Below, piece by piece: positions 40,160 through 49,325 of a stretch of 64,000 nucleotides of DNA. The stretch is taken from assembly GCA_020629955.1 (NCBI GenBank), contig JAHDCI010000002.1, positions 2,692-66,691 of the forward strand. The letters are read 5' to 3'. Below the pieces are notes generated by a model. That model worked only from the letters and a program-made list of their open reading frames with translations. It was not told the origin of the DNA and did not search any database. Position 1 is the first letter of the stretch, and each line of letters begins with the position of its first letter. The position numbers and the translations under genes are program-made. This DNA comes from Myxococcota bacterium (GTDB lineage Bacteria; Myxococcota_A; Polyangia; Polyangiales; Houyiibacteriaceae).

Positions 40160-40219
40160 TAGCTCGGGACCACCAGGGTTCGCGCCGTAACAAATCATCA
40201 CGAGTCTGGCGGCCGTGGG

Positions 40220-40960
40220 CTAAGGTGCCGAAGGCAGGACCGGGTTTGCTTGGCCGACCGCGTGATCCCGAAGCGCTTCGCGCGTCGTGATGGGGAGCTG
40301 CTGCAACTCCGCCCGATTGCGTACCGGCACACAACCGCCCTGACGAAGCGAATCGACGATGGCTCCCGTTCCGCCCAAGTAGAGCGTGAGCGCAACTCCG
40401 CCGTCATGGATCAGCAGGATGTCCTGCATCGAGACAGGTCCTCGTTGCCAAGTGAAGCGCAGGGTGGGCACGCCATCCGCAGCACACCGCCAGAGTCCGT
40501 TCGGGGCCCCATAGGATTCGCGCATCGCTCGAATATGGGGCCCTACGCCTTCCGCGGGTAGCGCGCTCAAAACCTGAATCGCCTCAAGATTTTGATGCTC
40601 GTCGATGCGGAAGAGAACCTGCGAGCCGTTGGGGAGATTTTCCTCGAGAAAGATATCGCCGTTCTCGTCCGGATCGCGAGCGCTCGTGTTCTCCCGCATT
40701 CGCTCAAGCTCCGCGCGAGACATTCCTATCTCCACGCCCGCAAGTGGCTCCGGCATCAAGGCGCTCGAACCCTCACGTTGCTCCGAGTAGCTCTCTTCAC
40801 GAGCTGCGCGCGCGGTCTCGCGAGCGCTCTCGCGGGCTTCGGCGCGGGCGATTCGTGCCTCTTCCTCGCGAGTGTCCACGTAGACCGTGTAGGCGAGAAC
40901 GAGCGAACCAACGATGACGCCGGCGATGATGAGAGGTTTGAGGTCGCTGCTGAGGCTCAT
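40220..40960 (-). CDS. Hypothetical membrane-anchored protein
   Basis: N-terminal TM (LIIAGVIVGSLVLAYTVYV), short coiled coil, globular domain. Confidence 0.75.
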   Translation of the reverse strand: MSLSSDLKPLIIAGVIVGSLVLAYTVYVDTREEEARIARAEARESARETARAAREESYSEQREGSSALMPEPLAGVEIGMSRAELERMRENTSARDPDENGDIFLEENLPNGSQVLFRIDEHQNLEAIQVLSALPAEGVGPHIRAMRESYGAPNGLWRCAADGVPTLRFTWQRGPVSMQDILLIHDGGVALTLYLGGTGAIVDSLRQGGCVPVRNRAELQQLPITTREALRDHAVGQANPVLPSAP

Positions 40961-41038
40961 AAGAAAAGGCCAAGGGTGCGCACCCTTGGCCTTCACCCTC
41001 GCACGACTCACGACGCGAGGAAAGCGTAAGTGGAAACG

Positions 41039-41656
41039 CTACCCGCGCCCCCGCAAAGCGCTCGCTTGCCCCGGCACAGATGGGTCCGGCGAATCGTATC
41101 GGGCGCGGCTCCGCTCAAGCGCATGCGCCAACGCATCGCGAACTTCGGGTCGCTGATTTCCAACAATGCGTGCGGCCAAGAACGCAGCGTTTCGGGCGTT
41201 GTCGACTCCGACTGTCGCGACCGGAACGCCTGGGGGCATCTGCACGGTCGCAAGCAGCGCATCCATCCCTGCGAGCGCGCCAGACGCGAGCGGAAGGCCG
41301 ATCACCGGGCGCAGCGTATGTCCCGCAACCACACCTGCCAAATGCGCCGCCATCCCCGCGCAGCAGATAAAGACCTCCACCCCGAGCTCCTCCGCGGCGT
41401 TCACGTACGCAATGGTATCGGTCGGCGTGCGATGGGCCGACAGCACGCGGATATCCGAAGGAATCCCAAGGTCATTGAGCGTATCTTGCGCCTTGGTCAC
41501 GACCCCCAAGTCGGACGGGCTCCCAGTCAAGATTGCGACGAGCGGAGTCGTCTTCGAATTCGACCGCTTCCTCGGCGACTTTTTCGCCGCCTTCGATGAG
41601 GTTGCCTTCGCGCTCTTGGTCGTGGCCTTTGACTTCGTCTTCTTTGCTTTCGCCAT
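41039..41656 (-). CDS. purE: 5-(carboxyamino)imidazole ribonucleotide mutase with basic N-terminal extension
   Basis: [48 protein letters not shown]; GGAG RBS before ATG 41656. Confidence 0.95.
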   Translation of the reverse strand: MAKAKKTKSKATTKSAKATSSKAAKKSPRKRSNSKTTPLVAILTGSPSDLGVVTKAQDTLNDLGIPSDIRVLSAHRTPTDTIAYVNAAEELGVEVFICCAGMAAHLAGVVAGHTLRPVIGLPLASGALAGMDALLATVQMPPGVPVATVGVDNARNAAFLAARIVGNQRPEVRDALAHALERSRARYDSPDPSVPGQASALRGRG

Positions 41657-41953
41657 GCTCTCCTCCAAGCAGTGAGTCGATCCATCCACTCTCATTTCGA
41701 GCGAATCGGCCAACTGATAGCCACACCTGGCAGAGAGCCTCGCTAGCGGCAAGGCCGAGATCAAAACGATACAGAGTTGTTGCGAAAGTCACCCGATCGT
41801 CGTCAGCTCATCGACCGGGACCCTGGCTCCTACGCACGGGAGCTAGGTACCTGGCTTGTGGGCGAACAATCGCGGCGTTGAGAATGGATACGTTTTTCGC
41901 CCCTGTCCGACTTCACGTCGGGCTAAGGCATCCATCCCCTTTCCTACAGCTGA

Positions 41954-42943
41954 CTAGTAAGGGCTGACAGCGGTGAAACCGCTCATCGAGCTCATCCGAC
42001 TGGAACGCATCGTCGAACGCATCGGAGCCCGGCGGCGGCGGCGACGCCGACGACGCATCACGGGCGGCGCTTCCATCACTGCCGGCGCGGCCTCGGGCTC
42101 GGGCTCGGGAATCGAGTCCAGCTCCAGGGTCCGCTCGAGTGTGTCGCTGTCGAAACGGAGCGCAAAGCGTTGCGGCACATAACCTTCCGCGCTGGCTTCG
42201 AAGGTGTGCAGCTGCCCATCCTGCTCGCGCTCAACCTCAAAGGGATTTGAAATCGTCTCGCCGTCGAGCGTGAGAGACGCGATCGCAGGGTTGGTGCGCA
42301 CGTTGATTGAAATCATCGCCGGAACGGCTTCTGCGGGTTGCTCTACCGCCGGCTCTTCGACTTGAGCGGGCTCGGCCGGCTCGGCCGCTTGCGCCGTCAC
42401 TTCCACCGGAGTTGCAGCAGCGGGGACAGAGGTTGGCTCTGTTCCAGTCGTGCCGGGCTCAGGAACCGTGGGGGCCGTGGTTTCCGGTGACGGTGAACTC
42501 TCGCTCGTCGAAGGTTCCGAGCCACCCATCATTGAGGCGACCGTGACGATCAAGAGAAGCGCGACCAGCGCACCGCCAATAATGATCCATCGATTCGACG
42601 TCGTCGGCGGAACCAAGTCTTCCTCGACAATCGCAGCCTGCGCAACCGTTGGACCACCACTGATCGAAGCCGAAACAGCCGCAACTTCCGGGGCAGGCCC
42701 CCAAGCTGAGGGCGGTCCCCAGGACGGCCGGAAGCTCTCCGCAAATTTCTCTGCCTCTTCCGCTGCGAGCGCCGCAGCCGTGACGGCTCCAGCATTCGCC
42801 CGAGGGTTATCGCCTGAAGAATTGGCGGACGTTGCGCCGTTCGAATCCCCATTCGACGCCGCGCCTACTTCCGTACCAGGTGGGGGATTCGACATCCCGC
42901 TCTGATCCGTGCCCTCTCCTGCAACCTTGCCGGTTTGCTCCAT
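41954..42943 (-). CDS. Single-TM protein with Pro/Thr linker and PEGA-like domain
   Basis: TM WIIIGGALVALLLIVTV; VRTNPAIASLTLDG...ASAEGY PEGA-like pattern; poly-Arg/Met tail. Confidence 0.75.
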   Translation of the reverse strand: MEQTGKVAGEGTDQSGMSNPPPGTEVGAASNGDSNGATSANSSGDNPRANAGAVTAAALAAEEAEKFAESFRPSWGPPSAWGPAPEVAAVSASISGGPTVAQAAIVEEDLVPPTTSNRWIIIGGALVALLLIVTVASMMGGSEPSTSESSPSPETTAPTVPEPGTTGTEPTSVPAAATPVEVTAQAAEPAEPAQVEEPAVEQPAEAVPAMISINVRTNPAIASLTLDGETISNPFEVEREQDGQLHTFEASAEGYVPQRFALRFDSDTLERTLELDSIPEPEPEAAPAVMEAPPVMRRRRRRRRRAPMRSTMRSSRMSSMSGFTAVSPY

Positions 42944-42996
42944 GTGCCGCTTAGGCTAGCAGGCCGAGACGGAACACGCCAAGCTCTCCTGAGATC

Positions 42997-44397
42997 ATGG
43001 CATTTCGAGCACGCTACTGCCCAGCGAGGGGCGCGCCGCATACGCGCGTGGTCCTCCGCCTTGTTCTCTTTCTGATCGCTGGGGCGTGTGCGGACGAGCC
43101 ACAGCCACCGGCCTCGAGATTGCCGCGCATCGCCGCGCAAGCTCACGCCTCCGAGGCCTCGCTCCGACAGCTCACGGACTATCATCAGGTGGCCGAGCGA
43201 GAGGGAGACCCAATCGCCGTGCTCGATGCCCTCGACCTTCTGGCGCAACGGCTTGAAGGCGACGACGGCTGCGCGGCAGCTCGATATTTGACCGAGCACG
43301 CCTCCCAAACCTCCTCAATTCGGGAGCGCGCCGTCGCCGCCACACGTGCGTGCACGGAAGGGCCGCCACCCGATTGCACGCTTGAGCGTCTCTCTCTACT
43401 TGGCGAATCCGACCATGGGGGAAGAGCGGTGGCATCCCTTAGCGAGGCGTGCTCAGCGAACCTCCCGGAGGCGGCAGTGTCGGCCGACCGCGTTTCACTT
43501 CCCCTTCGCTCCATCGCCGTCGGTCCGGACTTTCCACGCGAGTTCACCCACGCGAGAGGCGGACTTCAACGAGTGACCGTCGCCGACGGATCCCTCACAT
43601 TCCATCTTCAGGCAGGAGCGCACGCGAGCACCTTTGTGCTGGAGAGCCCGCCTCGCCTCATCATCGATATTTCACTTGAGCGCTCCGCCGAAATACCGTC
43701 CGCGCAGCAGCAGGCGCTCGGTCCTCTCGTGATGATCGATCCGGGTCATGGCGGAAACGAGTACGGCGCGCGATACCAAGGACTCAAAGAATCGGAGCTG
43801 GTGCTCGATCTGGCGGAACGTACCGTCGCCGCACTGCGTTCGCGTATACCGAACGTTCGAATCATGATGACGCGCCAGACCGACGAGGTCGTCAGTCTCG
43901 AGCAGCGAACGGCAATGGCGAACGCAGTACGCGCGGACCTTTTCGTGAGCATTCACCTCAACGCAGCGGACGAACCCGTGGAAACCGGGGGCATCACGAC
44001 ATTTGTGCTCGATGCAGGTGACCAAGCTCAGGAAGTGCGCCTCGCCGCGCGGGAAAACGGAACAGACCCGGAAGCGGTCACAGGAATCCAACGTCTGATC
44101 GCCCGCGTCTACCGGAGGGAACAGGTCTCGCAATCTCGGATCCTCGCGCAGGCGGTTCACGAGGAGACGCTTGCGGGCGGAAGACGCATTTTGCCCGGGC
44201 TTCCCGATCGCGGCGTACGAAGCGCGATGTTCTATGTCCTGGTCGGCGCCCGTATGCCCGCGATCCTGCTCGAAGCATCCTTCATGACCAAAGACGAAGA
44301 GGCGGCCGCGCTACGCACGCCGCGCTACCGCCAATCGATCTCAGAAGGAATCGCCCGAGGGATCGAGAACTATCTCCGCAATCCGGACTCGAACTGA
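42997..44397 (+). CDS. N-acetylmuramoyl-L-alanine amidase (Amidase_3) with AMIN-like domain, probable lipoprotein
   Basis: MIDPGHGG, E, MTR, FVSIHLNA, FYVL...MPAILLE; FVLESPPRLIID (AMIN-like); lipobox-like AGAC. Confidence 0.93.
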   Translation: MAFRARYCPARGAPHTRVVLRLVLFLIAGACADEPQPPASRLPRIAAQAHASEASLRQLTDYHQVAEREGDPIAVLDALDLLAQRLEGDDGCAAARYLTEHASQTSSIRERAVAATRACTEGPPPDCTLERLSLLGESDHGGRAVASLSEACSANLPEAAVSADRVSLPLRSIAVGPDFPREFTHARGGLQRVTVADGSLTFHLQAGAHASTFVLESPPRLIIDISLERSAEIPSAQQQALGPLVMIDPGHGGNEYGARYQGLKESELVLDLAERTVAALRSRIPNVRIMMTRQTDEVVSLEQRTAMANAVRADLFVSIHLNAADEPVETGGITTFVLDAGDQAQEVRLAARENGTDPEAVTGIQRLIARVYRREQVSQSRILAQAVHEETLAGGRRILPGLPDRGVRSAMFYVLVGARMPAILLEASFMTKDEEAAALRTPRYRQSISEGIARGIENYLRNPDSN

Positions 44398-44567
44398 TTC
44401 GCAAAAGCAAGGGTGCTCCTCCAGGGGCACGAGTCGCGACCGAAACGGGACGCCAAGTGTTCCACTTCGGGGCAATAACGACAATCGGCTATGCGCAGTC
44501 GGCGGATCGCTTCTTGCTCCACTGAAGGGTCGAGGTCGCCGGCAAATCCGGTGATGAGAATTCGATT

Positions 44568-45206
44568 ATGATGCCATCCCCCAAAGATCGCCGGACGCGC
44601 CGAAAGAGCACGCAGCTCGCGGAGTGTGTCGCAACTTCCGTCAAGGGCCCTGCCACCCATATTCGCGGAATCGCGATTCTCGGGTCATTCGCGGCCCTGC
44701 GAAGCTATGGGGTCGCCGATCAGTATTGGTCTCTGGTCGACCATGAAGAAGAAGTCCTCCTCCGATCGGTCGTTTCAAACGCTTGGGTGCCGATGGAAAT
44801 CGCGACGGCACACTATGCGCGACTCGATCGACTCATCACCGACAAGAACGAGCAGCGAAAATATGGGCAGGCGGCAGGTCGCCGAGCCCACGGCATCTTC
44901 ACGCGAACCGTCGTGCGGCGTTTCATCAATCAAGAAATCGTTCGAAACCGAATGCTGGAGATGATGGTGCGGCGGTTCGCGGAGCAGTTCCGAGGGGGAA
45001 GTATGGAGATCTTCGCGTTCTCGGAATCGCACGTTCGTATCGAGATCTACGATATTGAGTTTCTGAAGTTTGAGTACGTGAAGAATGCGTTTGCCGGACA
45101 CTTCGAGGGTGCTCTGAGTATCGTGGAGAATAATGTCGAGTTCCGGCGACTCTTTACGCCCGATCAGAATCGACTTCCGATCAGCATGACCTGGATCCCG
45201 CGCTGA
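44568..45206 (+). CDS. Hypothetical protein
   Basis: 212-aa ORF filling the intergenic space with plausible composition; no domain confidently recognised. Confidence 0.7.
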   Translation: MMPSPKDRRTRRKSTQLAECVATSVKGPATHIRGIAILGSFAALRSYGVADQYWSLVDHEEEVLLRSVVSNAWVPMEIATAHYARLDRLITDKNEQRKYGQAAGRRAHGIFTRTVVRRFINQEIVRNRMLEMMVRRFAEQFRGGSMEIFAFSESHVRIEIYDIEFLKFEYVKNAFAGHFEGALSIVENNVEFRRLFTPDQNRLPISMTWIPR

Positions 45207-45229
45207 GGCTTCGCCGCATGAGCGCAGTC

Positions 45230-45982
45230 TCAGAGACTCCGCTCGAAGCGCCTTAACAAAAGCCAAAGCCAGCAAAGCTGAATCCCCGCCGCTGCGAGCG
45301 CGCTATGCCACCAACCTGGATGCCCCTCCATCGCGAGCCACAGAGCACGGCACGAGAGCAGCGGTGGAAAGATCACGCCGAGCGCCCATTGCAAGGGCTC
45401 AGAGGAAAACCAACCCACGAACACCAACAGGCTCGCGAGGCCGACGAATTTTGTAAACGCGAGACCCTGGACTTTGTCCGCGGAGACCGCCGCGAGAAGC
45501 AACATGAGCACTGGCGCGGCGAACGCGGACGACAGCGATACGGTTAGAAACGCCGCAGGAGGCAAAGCCCGCGGAAGGACCTGGCCCGCGATGAGCCCGA
45601 GCAGGAGCGCAAAGAAGACGGCTGAAACGAAAGGCAGCGTGACGCGGTAGAGCGCGTAGTGACGCATGAGGAGCGGAGTGACCCGAAGCGCGACCAAGGT
45701 CCGATCTTCACGCTCGTCGATCAACAAAAACGCCATGACCACGCCAGGCGCCTGCGCACCCTGCCAAGCAACGAGAAACGATACGATCAGGGGATAGAAG
45801 TCTCGAAGACGAAGAGGGTTCGTCGCACTCGGTAGAACCCCCGCGCTCGCAAGAGATTGGTCTAGCGCTGGCAAACCAAAGCGTAGACCGACCGCGGCGA
45901 GGAGCATCATGCCGAAGAGCAGAAAAAGCATACGGTCACGAAATACGAGCTTCAGATCGTTTTGCAGAAGCGCGCGAATCAC
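45230..45982 (-). CDS. ABC exporter permease (fluoroquinolone-export-like)
   Basis: ~6 TMs; LLIDEREDRTLVALRVTPL; coupled to the upstream permease. Confidence 0.88.
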   Translation of the reverse strand: MIRALLQNDLKLVFRDRMLFLLFGMMLLAAVGLRFGLPALDQSLASAGVLPSATNPLRLRDFYPLIVSFLVAWQGAQAPGVVMAFLLIDEREDRTLVALRVTPLLMRHYALYRVTLPFVSAVFFALLLGLIAGQVLPRALPPAAFLTVSLSSAFAAPVLMLLLAAVSADKVQGLAFTKFVGLASLLVFVGWFSSEPLQWALGVIFPPLLSCRALWLAMEGHPGWWHSALAAAGIQLCWLWLLLRRFERSL

Positions 45983-46737
45983 GAAACGTCTTCTCCGCGA
46001 CGGATCCCGAGGACGAAGGTCTCAAACGATCGCTTCGCCATCCATCCAAGAACCCCAACCCAGATCAGCGACAGCCCGAGCGAAAACCAAAGTTCCCAGT
46101 TCGGAGGGTGCGCCGCGGCAGTGAGCATCAAGGTGGGCGCGCCGCTCGGGAGCGGAAGAAACACGACCGGATCGACCAGCTGAAAGGCGCCAAGAATCGG
46201 AGCCTGAAAGAGAAGCGCGAGGGCCCCCATTGGAACCAGCGCTTCGGTAATCTTTGGGCGAGGCGCCGCAACCCAAACGCCACCAAGCACATGTACGAGC
46301 GATAGGGCAACGAGCGCGAGCAGCCCCAGGAACCCATCGAGGAGGCTCGGCGAAACTCCGAACGCCTCGCCTCGGTAAAGAAGCCAGCCTATCGCAATCC
46401 CCAACATCACCCCCGATTCGATCAGAGCGAGGCACGTGAGCGATAGACACTTCGCGATCAAGTATTCCGCCGGCGTGAGCGGACTCGTCGAGAGCGCGCG
46501 TAGGGTGCCCTCTGCCCGCTCGAGCGAAAGCATGCCGACCATGTAGAGGAGCGTCGTCCCGCCAACAAACATCAAGACGAATGCCGGATAGGTTCGGCCA
46601 AGCATTTCTGCGGGCGTCAACTGATAGAGCGCGACGCCCCCGACGACTCCGACAATCAACGAGATCCGGTAGAGCCCATTTCGCTGTTGCAGCACAAGGT
46701 CGCCGCGGACTTGAGCGAGCGTCCTAACGAGATTCAT
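45979..46737 (-). CDS. ABC exporter permease (fluoroquinolone-export-like)
   Basis: LERAEGTLRALSTSPLTPAEYLIAK; ~6 TMs; overlapping starts/stops. Confidence 0.88.
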   Translation of the reverse strand: MNLVRTLAQVRGDLVLQQRNGLYRISLIVGVVGGVALYQLTPAEMLGRTYPAFVLMFVGGTTLLYMVGMLSLERAEGTLRALSTSPLTPAEYLIAKCLSLTCLALIESGVMLGIAIGWLLYRGEAFGVSPSLLDGFLGLLALVALSLVHVLGGVWVAAPRPKITEALVPMGALALLFQAPILGAFQLVDPVVFLPLPSGAPTLMLTAAAHPPNWELWFSLGLSLIWVGVLGWMAKRSFETFVLGIRRGEDVS

Positions 46738-47612
46738 ACGCCCTCGTCGCCTCTCAGTACCTCGCCCGTGACGTCGACGAAAACCTGCTCGAGCGTCGTC
46801 TCGAGGGAATGAATCGTCTCGATACGCGAGCTCTGAAGGAGCTTAAGAAACGCTTCATTTTCGCCCAGTCCATCGAGTGCGAAACGCGCTTTCGTGCCCG
46901 CTTCGACGACGACCTCAACGGTCCGTTCCCCGTGTGCTTTTTTCAGATTCGCTGGTGAATCGAAGGCTGCGATCTCCCCTTGGCTAAGAAACGCGACGCG
47001 ATCGCAGAGACGGTCGGCAACGGCCATGTCGTGCGTCGTGATCAGAACGCTCGCTCCTTCATCGCGGAGGGTCTCAATGCGCCCCATGATCGTTCGAGCG
47101 GTTACCGGGTCGAGTCCGCTTGTCGGCTCGTCGAGGAATAGCAGCGAGGGTCGATGCAGGAAACTTCGAGCGAGGTTCAGACGAATCTTCATCCCCTTCG
47201 AAAAATCGCTCGTTCGCACGTCTGCCGAATCCGCCAGACCGACCCAATCGAGCACCTCTTCCGGTGCGCGGGTCGGCCCCTGATAGAGGCGAGCAAAGTG
47301 CTCGAGGTTCTCGCGGGCGGTCAGGCGAAGGTAGTGATTGGGCAGCTCGAAGCACACTCCGATCTTTTCGTAGAGCGAGCTGGAATCAGCAGAAGTCCAC
47401 TCGGAGAGCTCTCGACCGAAAAGACGGCACGCGCCTCGGTAGCCTCGGAGGAGTCCGATCAGGACATTCACCGTCGTCGACTTTCCAGATCCGGAGGGAC
47501 CCAGGAGCCCCACGATCTCGCCCTCCCCCAAGCCAAACGAGATCCCTTTTAGAACCTCGTCCGTATCGTAGCCGAAGCGCAGCGTGTCGACCTCGACGAT
47601 CGCCCCGCTCAC
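46734..47612 (-). CDS. ABC transporter ATP-binding protein
   Basis: GPSGSGKS, FSKGM signature, LFLDEPTSGLD, TTH. Confidence 0.95.
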   Translation of the reverse strand: MSGAIVEVDTLRFGYDTDEVLKGISFGLGEGEIVGLLGPSGSGKSTTVNVLIGLLRGYRGACRLFGRELSEWTSADSSSLYEKIGVCFELPNHYLRLTARENLEHFARLYQGPTRAPEEVLDWVGLADSADVRTSDFSKGMKIRLNLARSFLHRPSLLFLDEPTSGLDPVTARTIMGRIETLRDEGASVLITTHDMAVADRLCDRVAFLSQGEIAAFDSPANLKKAHGERTVEVVVEAGTKARFALDGLGENEAFLKLLQSSRIETIHSLETTLEQVFVDVTGEVLRGDEGV

Positions 47613-48292
47613 GAGACGTTGGCCTTGTATCCCACGCCATGGACCGTGCCGATTGGATCCTCCGCATCGAGCTTCCGAAACTTGGAGCGGATTCTTCGAA
47701 CATGGGTATCGATGGTTCTCTCAGTGACATGGTTGTCGAACGCGTACGCGCGTTCCATGAGCTGCGCGCGAGAGAGTACGATCCCCGGGCGCTGGTAAAG
47801 CGAATAGAGCAGCCCGAACTCCGTCGCCGTCAACGGCACGAGATTTCCCCCTACCCGCACCTCATGGCGCTCTCGGTCGATCGTCAGCGCTCCGATCACA
47901 AGCGCACGCTCAGTTCCGGAGCGCTGCGTATCATCGGAGCGGCGGAGGATGGCTTTTACGCGCGCGACGAGTTCACGAGGGGAAAATGGCTTCGAGAGAT
48001 AGTCATCCGCGCCGAGCTCTAGCCCGAGCACCCGGTCGAACTCTTCCCCTCGCGCAGAGAGAAACAGGATTGGCGTATTCTTCTGTGCGCGTAGCTTTCG
48101 ACACACCTCGAAGCCATCCATCTCGGGCATCATCACATCGAGGACAATCAGATCAAACTCGAGCTGCTCCGCCTTCTCAAGCGCTGCGCGTCCATCACTG
48201 ACCGCGGTCACCGTAAACCCGTCTTGCTCGAGCGCGTATTGAACGACGTCCCGAATGCGAGCTTCATCATCCGCGATCAACACCTGGCGCAT
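47609..48292 (-). CDS. OmpR/PhoB-family response regulator
   Basis: LIADDE, LDVMMP, GADDYLSKPF, LTATEF, RTIDTHVRRIR, TVHGVGY. The upstream part of track ORF 47609..48820 is antisense to the USP gene. Confidence 0.95.
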   Translation of the reverse strand: MRQVLIADDEARIRDVVQYALEQDGFTVTAVSDGRAALEKAEQLEFDLIVLDVMMPEMDGFEVCRKLRAQKNTPILFLSARGEEFDRVLGLELGADDYLSKPFSPRELVARVKAILRRSDDTQRSGTERALVIGALTIDRERHEVRVGGNLVPLTATEFGLLYSLYQRPGIVLSRAQLMERAYAFDNHVTERTIDTHVRRIRSKFRKLDAEDPIGTVHGVGYKANVS

Positions 48293-48403
48293 GGCGCCCA
48301 TTGTTCGCCGAAGTCGATTCGCTTGTCGACCTCTTCTCGTCGCGAATGCGTTTTGCGCATCGGCCGCACACATTCTTGAAACAAAAGGATTCGCCGCCCT
48401 AAG

Positions 48404-48865
48404 ATGGCGCCCATGGCGAAACTGACCACGAATATCCTTGTCCCGACCGATTTCTCGCAAGCATCCGTGCTTGCGCTCGAAGCTGCCGCGCTCCTCGCGG
48501 AGCAGAACGAGGCGAAGGTCACGTTGGTCCACATCTACAACCCTCAGGGAGTCGCGTTCGGTGGTGATCCCGGGGACGGGAAGTCGGTCCCGAAAGACGT
48601 TGAGACACGTATCAACGCAGAGCTTCGCCGCTTGGTCGAAGACCGCTTCGGCAACGTAAAGGATCGAAAGACAGTCCTCATTGTCAGCGAGAGCCCTGCG
48701 AAAGGGATCGTCGCGTACGCTGAGAAAGAAGACGTGGACATGATCGTCATGACCACCCACGGGCGTACAGGGCTCAAGCGGATGATGATCGGATCCGTCG
48801 CCGAGCGAGTCGTCCGCCACGCCCCCTGTCCCGTGCTCACACTTCGCTCGAAACTCGAATCGTAA
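48404..48865 (+). CDS. Universal stress protein
   Basis: [37 protein letters not shown]. Confidence 0.95.
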   Translation: MAPMAKLTTNILVPTDFSQASVLALEAAALLAEQNEAKVTLVHIYNPQGVAFGGDPGDGKSVPKDVETRINAELRRLVEDRFGNVKDRKTVLIVSESPAKGIVAYAEKEDVDMIVMTTHGRTGLKRMMIGSVAERVVRHAPCPVLTLRSKLES

Positions 48866-49129
48866 CGAGATCAGAGCCAGACTGCTGCACGACTAAGTCA
48901 GATTAGTTGACCTTCTCTCGCTGTATTTCGGACCACTCGATGCGCAACGCGACGAGCGCGAAAACACGGACACCAAATTGAAACAAAGAATGCCTCCGTT
49001 CGTCCTCGATGTTGTAACTCGTCAATATCGCAGAACGACGCGGCACGCCTCCTACGTCACCAGTCAACGGATCCGGAAGAGTCGAAGAGCCTTTCGGGTG
49101 GCTCGCGAAGCTCGCCCCGTCTACCTGAC

Positions 49130-49296
49130 GCGATAGCTTGAACGCTCGCGCCGTGCGCGGCGATTGACGGGCGGGCAGCACCATCTTCCGCCATCCGCTC
49201 GCTCCGGCGATATACACATCGCCGAAACTCGAGGACGCGAAATCTGGCACTACCGCGTTCCGTCACTCGCCGCGCCCTTTTTCACCGCCTTACTAG
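49130..49296 (+). mobile_element. Family-1 MITE-like element, degenerate copy downstream of the RHS gene
   Basis: Right end GCCCTTTTTCACCGCCTTACTAGGC matches the 56957-56981 end at 21/25; internal CGCCATCC, GGACGC and ATCTG..GCAC blocks in the same order; left boundary approximate. Confidence 0.45.
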
Positions 49297-49325
49297 GCAG
49301 TGACAAATCAACTTCGCAGGATATC

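Noticed and set aside
40002-40190. SRP RNA, 6S RNA, riboswitch or retron msr-msd
   Set aside because: Lacks the SRP CAGG-CC-GNRA-GG-AGCAG core and the 6S central bubble, is not in a 5' leader, and no reverse transcriptase is in the window.
48903-49250. ORF downstream of the RHS gene as its immunity protein
   Set aside because: GTG start 76 bp from the toxin stop with no coupling, its 5' part overlaps a repeat remnant, and it has no recognisable immunity features; not fully excluded.
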